A model generated the notes under the pieces. It ran no database searches and was not told the origin of the DNA. It worked only from the letters and a program-made list of their open reading frames with translations. A DNA stretch of 64,000 nt from Thermodesulfobacteriota bacterium. GTDB lineage: Bacteria > Desulfobacterota_D > UBA1144 > Nemesobacterales > UBA2774. The stretch is from positions 1,504,001 through 1,568,000 of the forward strand of contig OZ244991.1 in assembly GCA_965223335.1 (NCBI GenBank), written 5' to 3'. Shown piece by piece: positions 60,501-64,000 of this stretch (the first letter of the stretch is position 1; each line of letters opens with the position of its first letter). The position numbers were made by a program, and so were the translations under genes.

Positions 60501-61460
60501 CTCGACGGTGAGGTTGCTGTAGAGGGTAAGTGGCTTAAATCCTATATAAAAGGTGATATCACTGCTACCAATATTCATGCTATTGTGCCCGAGGGGCCGA
60601 TTAAAGAGATCGAAAACATACATTTTGTCGACGGTAATATAGAGGACGAAGAATTTATTATTACGGATGTAAGACCCCCGGACCATTTCACAGAGAACGT
60701 CGCCATGGACATAGCTGTAAACGTGCCCAGGGACTCGTGGGTTAAGGGTGCGGGTGTGGATATAGAGGTTGAGGGCAAGCTCGATATCACGAAAAAATAC
60801 GGGGATCCCTATTTAGTGAGCGGCAATATCGATGTGGTGCGCGGGGACTATCAATTTATGGGCAAGCTATTTAGGATTGAGGGCGGTACGGTGAGTTTCA
60901 GGGGTAAGGATATTATCGACCCCTTCCTGGATATAAGGGCTCTTTACGAGGTCTCGAGTGTGGATGTGTTTATCAACATCACGGGGACTGCCGAAAAGCC
61001 CAAGATCCAGCTCTCGAGCGACCCTCCGCTCGACGAAACGGAAATAGTGTCATATCTGGTGTTCGGCACATCGTCTGAGAACCTGGGCACCGATGAGAGG
61101 GCCTCGCTCCAAGAAAAGGCAGGGGAATTCCTGGGCACCATGGCTGTGGACGAGATACGCGAGATATTCGGAGATGAGTTTGCGCTCGATGTGATCACTA
61201 TCAAGGGTGGTCAGACCGGGTTTAGAGACACACATATGGAGGTGGGCAAGTATATTACCGAGGACCTCTATGTGGGGTATGAGAGGTTTTCATACGAGAG
61301 GTTTTTTTACGAGAGGTATTTCTTTAGCCCAGGTGTCCCGCAGTCCACTGTTACTGCCAACAGGGCTGTTATTGAGTTCCGCGTATTCGATTTCCTGACA
61401 CTTGAGAGTGAGATAGGGGAAGAATCGGGTGCAGATGTGTTTTTTAATTTCAACTACTGA
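57576..61460 (+). CDS. tamB: TamB/AsmA-like translocation and assembly module protein
   Basis: N-terminal anchor, long beta-rich body, C-terminal GKLFRIEGG..DPFLDI..GTAEKP..LSSDPPL..IVSYLVFG, VGKYIT. Confidence 0.8.
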   Translation: MRLKMLRLLLIFFAILAIFNVGLALVLRSGLFKDFVRDASSKIVTTITNQPFTIGSIEGNFLSGFTLKDVSFTVDGDSFVEVKSASINYSLPLLLDSSMLINKVVPISAINANGVLIRLNKHKDGSWNYQRLAIDHKKEKPKEKPVWSYFVDRLRIEDIRLEIIDDSKPDTLALNAGELLFSLKLIKTNEQIELNLLNASLDAFFNSLDISNVHANAISGRAVYTDDRIMIKNLRGKVNDSDVRVVGDIHDLKTPKFNFDGSVREYKIYDIGVFNADFEGRGSYKEPNDIKIDATLSVLDSRLMGNKVSGEVGRFRMDTEELIFENSQLSSELGTIDISGKVLLSELFNKGKSNDYKFDIKLSDLQTTEFVNILENRSIWIAPEFLNRELDTLLNGFLDLSGSWKKNGQQNYRAELREVKLATTDRGNLTLNGPVEVTNQSANIDLNVGIENIDVAAITNDDNYKSDLNAAFKVKASGPLTEEILTLSTINLEGELKPSALPNLNINGATINAAYSDNVLRINNLSIDSDSLNLKAKDRAASPRNMNIGYELDVKDISSIEFLNPEVDLGGELQLSGTIQNNFINPKISAKGSIKDFLFKNHGFKAKTVNLNGQTNIDPRDLKLDLSAEVIDASWNKRPIKKASLRAASKGAGIDIQVDVNETKKRNYSASATLKDITQENKELSINTLTLDIHKNIMKNKRPITLVFDNTGARLDSFNLYHKNNFITGDATVGYNEQVDADIVVNELSLLDLSEIFDFNPKLHGDVSGSVNLTGTLDKPLVESSLAAQNLEYLNFKSDRIDFNIGSRHKELDLKLSVTHKDEKLLLIAGTLSHNINLKEVDKGLENATFTLSANSPGVDISPLAAFNSELLKIDGNLHLDIDASGKLMSPSVEGKLMVSDVTMKLFSLRNKVKIPKAVLNFNGDSGVLEPVAIETGGGEGTFTGRVNLRDLTYSGEGVMKGLLAKANPDDVTMNLDGEVAVEGKWLKSYIKGDITATNIHAIVPEGPIKEIENIHFVDGNIEDEEFIITDVRPPDHFTENVAMDIAVNVPRDSWVKGAGVDIEVEGKLDITKKYGDPYLVSGNIDVVRGDYQFMGKLFRIEGGTVSFRGKDIIDPFLDIRALYEVSSVDVFINITGTAEKPKIQLSSDPPLDETEIVSYLVFGTSSENLGTDERASLQEKAGEFLGTMAVDEIREIFGDEFALDVITIKGGQTGFRDTHMEVGKYITEDLYVGYERFSYERFFYERYFFSPGVPQSTVTANRAVIEFRVFDFLTLESEIGEESGADVFFNFNY
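61278..61322 (+). repeat. three imperfect 15-bp tandem repeats in tamB encoding YERFS-YERFF-YERYF
   Basis: TATGAGAGGTTTTCA TACGAGAGGTTTTTT TACGAGAGGTATTTC. Confidence 0.75.
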
Positions 61461-61481
61461 TTCTCGGTAACGGTAGGTGGT

Positions 61482-62666
61482 CTAGTCACTTAACACGCGG
61501 CGGATGCCTCTTGCGGCCTGCATAATCCTCTGCTCGTTTTCTACGAGTGCCAGCCTCACAAAGCCCTCCCCATGGTTTCCGAACCCAATGCCGGGTGAGA
61601 CTGCGACCTTGGCCTCTTCGATGAGCATCTTAGAGAATTCTAGCGAGCCCATCTGCTTGAATTTCTCGGGGATCTCTGCCCACACAAACATTGTCCCCTG
61701 AGGGCTTGGTATCTCCCAGCCGGCTCTTGAGAACCCCTCGATAAGTCTGTCCCTGCGCGATTTGTAAAGGTTTTTTACCTCTTCCACACAATCCTGGGGC
61801 CCGTTAAGAGCTTGTATTGCTGCGACCTGAATGGGTGTAAATATTCCATAGTCCATATAGCTCTTTATTCGTTTAAGTGCGGAAACCACAGTAGGGTTGC
61901 CTACCATAAACCCCACGCGCCACCCCGGCATGTTATAGCTCTTGGATAGTGAATAGAACTCCACCCCTAATTCTTTAGCCCCCGGCACCTGAAGAAAACT
62001 CGGGGCCTCGTAATCGTCGAAGCAGAGCTCTGCGTATGCCAGATCATGTACAACTATCAAGCCCGCCTCTTTTGCCAGCTCGTAAATATCTTTAAAGAAA
62101 TCCAAGTCCACAACCTTGGTCGTGGGGTTATTTGGAAACGAGATCATAAGCACCTTGGGTTTGGGCCACACCTCCTTAACAGCGCTCTCTATGGTCTCTA
62201 TGAGGTTGTCATCATCGTAAAGCGGTACACTCTGGACGTCCCCCCGAGCTATTATCACCGAATAGAGGTGAATCGGGTATGCGGGGTTGGGTACTATGAC
62301 CATATCCCCCGGGGATAGAATCGAGAGCATCAGGTGGGAGATACCCTCCTTTGACCCTATAGTGACCACGGTCTCCGAGTCGGGGTCTAGGTCTACGTCA
62401 TATTTTCTTTTGTACCAGTCACAGATCGCAAGACGGAGTTTTGGGATACCTGCCGATGCGGAATACCTATGGGCCCGGGGATCACTGGCCGTGTCGATCA
62501 GTTTGTCTATGATGTGCTGGGGTGTGGGCTGATCGGGGTTGCCCATTCCGAGATCAATAATATCTTCTCCCCTGGCGCGTGCCTTGTATTTAAGTTCATT
62601 TACAATACTGAACACATACGGGGGGAGGCGTCGTATAAGGGAAAATTCTTCTGGTGAATATTGCAT
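61482..62666 (-). CDS. alaC: class I/II PLP aminotransferase, AlaC-like
   Basis: [50 protein letters not shown]. Confidence 0.8.
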   Translation of the reverse strand: MQYSPEEFSLIRRLPPYVFSIVNELKYKARARGEDIIDLGMGNPDQPTPQHIIDKLIDTASDPRAHRYSASAGIPKLRLAICDWYKRKYDVDLDPDSETVVTIGSKEGISHLMLSILSPGDMVIVPNPAYPIHLYSVIIARGDVQSVPLYDDDNLIETIESAVKEVWPKPKVLMISFPNNPTTKVVDLDFFKDIYELAKEAGLIVVHDLAYAELCFDDYEAPSFLQVPGAKELGVEFYSLSKSYNMPGWRVGFMVGNPTVVSALKRIKSYMDYGIFTPIQVAAIQALNGPQDCVEEVKNLYKSRRDRLIEGFSRAGWEIPSPQGTMFVWAEIPEKFKQMGSLEFSKMLIEEAKVAVSPGIGFGNHGEGFVRLALVENEQRIMQAARGIRRVLSD

Positions 62667-62760
62667 AATTAATCCTTGGTTATTCCGACTATTTTAGTCC
62701 AATCCTTGACAATCTCAAGAAATTTAAGTGAAAATAGTATTCCATACCCAAAGTACTCTT

Positions 62761-63162
62761 ATGCTGAATAAAATAATTACCTACTCAATTATATTGGCAT
62801 TCGTTGTTCTATGTCCTCTGGCGGGTGCCCAAGATTCCTCTACACAGGTCGGCCGGGCATCGTGGTACGGCAAAAAACACCATGGCAAGAGGACGGCTAA
62901 CGGTGAGAGGTTTGACATGCATGCCCTCACGGCGGCTCACCGTACTCTGCCTTTCGGTACGAGGATAAGGGTGCTCAATCTATCCAATGGCAGGGAAGTA
63001 GTGGTGAGGATAAACGACCGGGGCCCCTACGTGAAAAAACGTATCATAGACCTTTCGCACAGGGCCGCTAAGGATATCGGTATGTTGCGCCAGGGTGTGG
63101 CAAGAGTGAAAATAGAGATTATTGTAGAACCGTCCGAGGCCCTACACACTTCCAGATTCTAA
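62761..63162 (+). CDS. rlpA: RlpA-family lytic transglycosylase (DPBB domain only)
   Basis: [31 protein letters not shown]; Sec signal. Confidence 0.88.
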   Translation: MLNKIITYSIILAFVVLCPLAGAQDSSTQVGRASWYGKKHHGKRTANGERFDMHALTAAHRTLPFGTRIRVLNLSNGREVVVRINDRGPYVKKRIIDLSHRAAKDIGMLRQGVARVKIEIIVEPSEALHTSRF

Positions 63163-63192
63163 TTTATACTTGATAATAATAGGTAAATAAGT

Positions 63193-63867
63193 ATGAAGAA
63201 TGTATCGCTATCCATACTCATACTGTCCCTTGTGCTATTTTCGTGCGCTAAGCGTGGGGGATACCCTCCAGGCAGCGTAGAGCAGGGCCCTTCACAAGAG
63301 GTCTATGTTAAAGACGGTTACACCCAGGTGGGTATAGCGTCGTGGTATGGGATAGAGGAGCATAATAATAGGGCTGCGAGCGGCGAGCGTTTTAGTAAGT
63401 ATGCCTATACTGCGGCTCACAAGACTCTGCCCATGGGCACAGTGGTCAGAGTGACTAATTTAGAAAACGGTAGAGATGTGATAGTGAAGATTAATGACAG
63501 GGGGCCGTTTGTAGCAGGCCGCATAATAGACCTTTCACATGCCGCTGCCAAGTCGGTCGACATGATCACGCAGGGCACTGTTAAGGTTAAGGTAGAGGTC
63601 ATCTCTACCCCGTCCAGTAGAGACTCTAGCTATTTTGACGCACTCTACACCGTCCAGGTCGCATCCTTTAGTGATAACTCAAATGCCCGGAAGGTAAAGA
63701 TGAAGCTCGACAGGGAATATGACGATGTACGCGTGGAGCAGATAAAAGTAGGAGGCGATATTTTCTATAGGGTTAGGGTAGGTAGGTACTCTACAAAGAA
63801 CGATGCCCAGGAAACTGCCAAGAAACTTAGCAAACAGGGTTATAACAGCAGGGTCATTCTCGAGTAG
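63193..63867 (+). CDS. rlpA: RlpA lipoprotein with C-terminal SPOR domain
   Basis: Signal ending LFSC, ASWYG, TAAHKTLP, INDRGP, VQVASF..YRVRVG SPOR. Confidence 0.9.
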   Translation: MKNVSLSILILSLVLFSCAKRGGYPPGSVEQGPSQEVYVKDGYTQVGIASWYGIEEHNNRAASGERFSKYAYTAAHKTLPMGTVVRVTNLENGRDVIVKINDRGPFVAGRIIDLSHAAAKSVDMITQGTVKVKVEVISTPSSRDSSYFDALYTVQVASFSDNSNARKVKMKLDREYDDVRVEQIKVGGDIFYRVRVGRYSTKNDAQETAKKLSKQGYNSRVILE

Positions 63868-64000
63868 TTAAGTCCATCCATCAACAATTATCTTAGTAAG
63901 TTGAAGAATTTAATATTAAGCAATAGTCCGTAATACCCGGTATATTAACAAAATAATCTTAAGTTATCTAAGGTTAACTACAACTCCATGGTTAGTAGGG

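Noticed and set aside
63868..64000. Possible 3' end of a minus-strand gene at the window edge
   Set aside because: Too little sequence to choose a frame or product.

Overview
64 kb of bacterial core chromosome, roughly 45-50% GC by eye. The LolA, TamB and RlpA genes indicate a diderm. Protein style suggests a Desulfobacterota/deltaproteobacterial relative, possibly Dadabacteria; that is inference and needs 16S classification. The window holds about 50 mostly housekeeping genes, a tRNA-Leu, and a 16S-tRNAIle-tRNAAla-23S operon with no 5S rRNA. I see no CRISPR array, transposase, integrase or prophage. Main points: (1) a tusA-cysM-mec(JAMM)-moeB sulfur-relay operon with no ubiquitin-like sulfur carrier, plus a separate moeZ; (2) normally linked genes are dispersed (nuoABCD / nuoN / nuoGH; lone sucD, pheS, tamB, hyuB; purSQ without purL; unlinked 5S); (3) many sigma70-like promoters sit 6-11 nt before SD-less start codons, suggesting leaderless or near-leaderless mRNAs; (4) an exported vanadium-haloperoxidase-like protein, a PAS-GAF-PAS-GAF-PAS protein with no output domain, an AT-rich orphan, a lipobox-bearing YajC, two small ORFs missing from the ORF track, and compensatory base-pair changes at conserved rRNA positions. 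All calls come from motif recognition by eye; no database searches were run.
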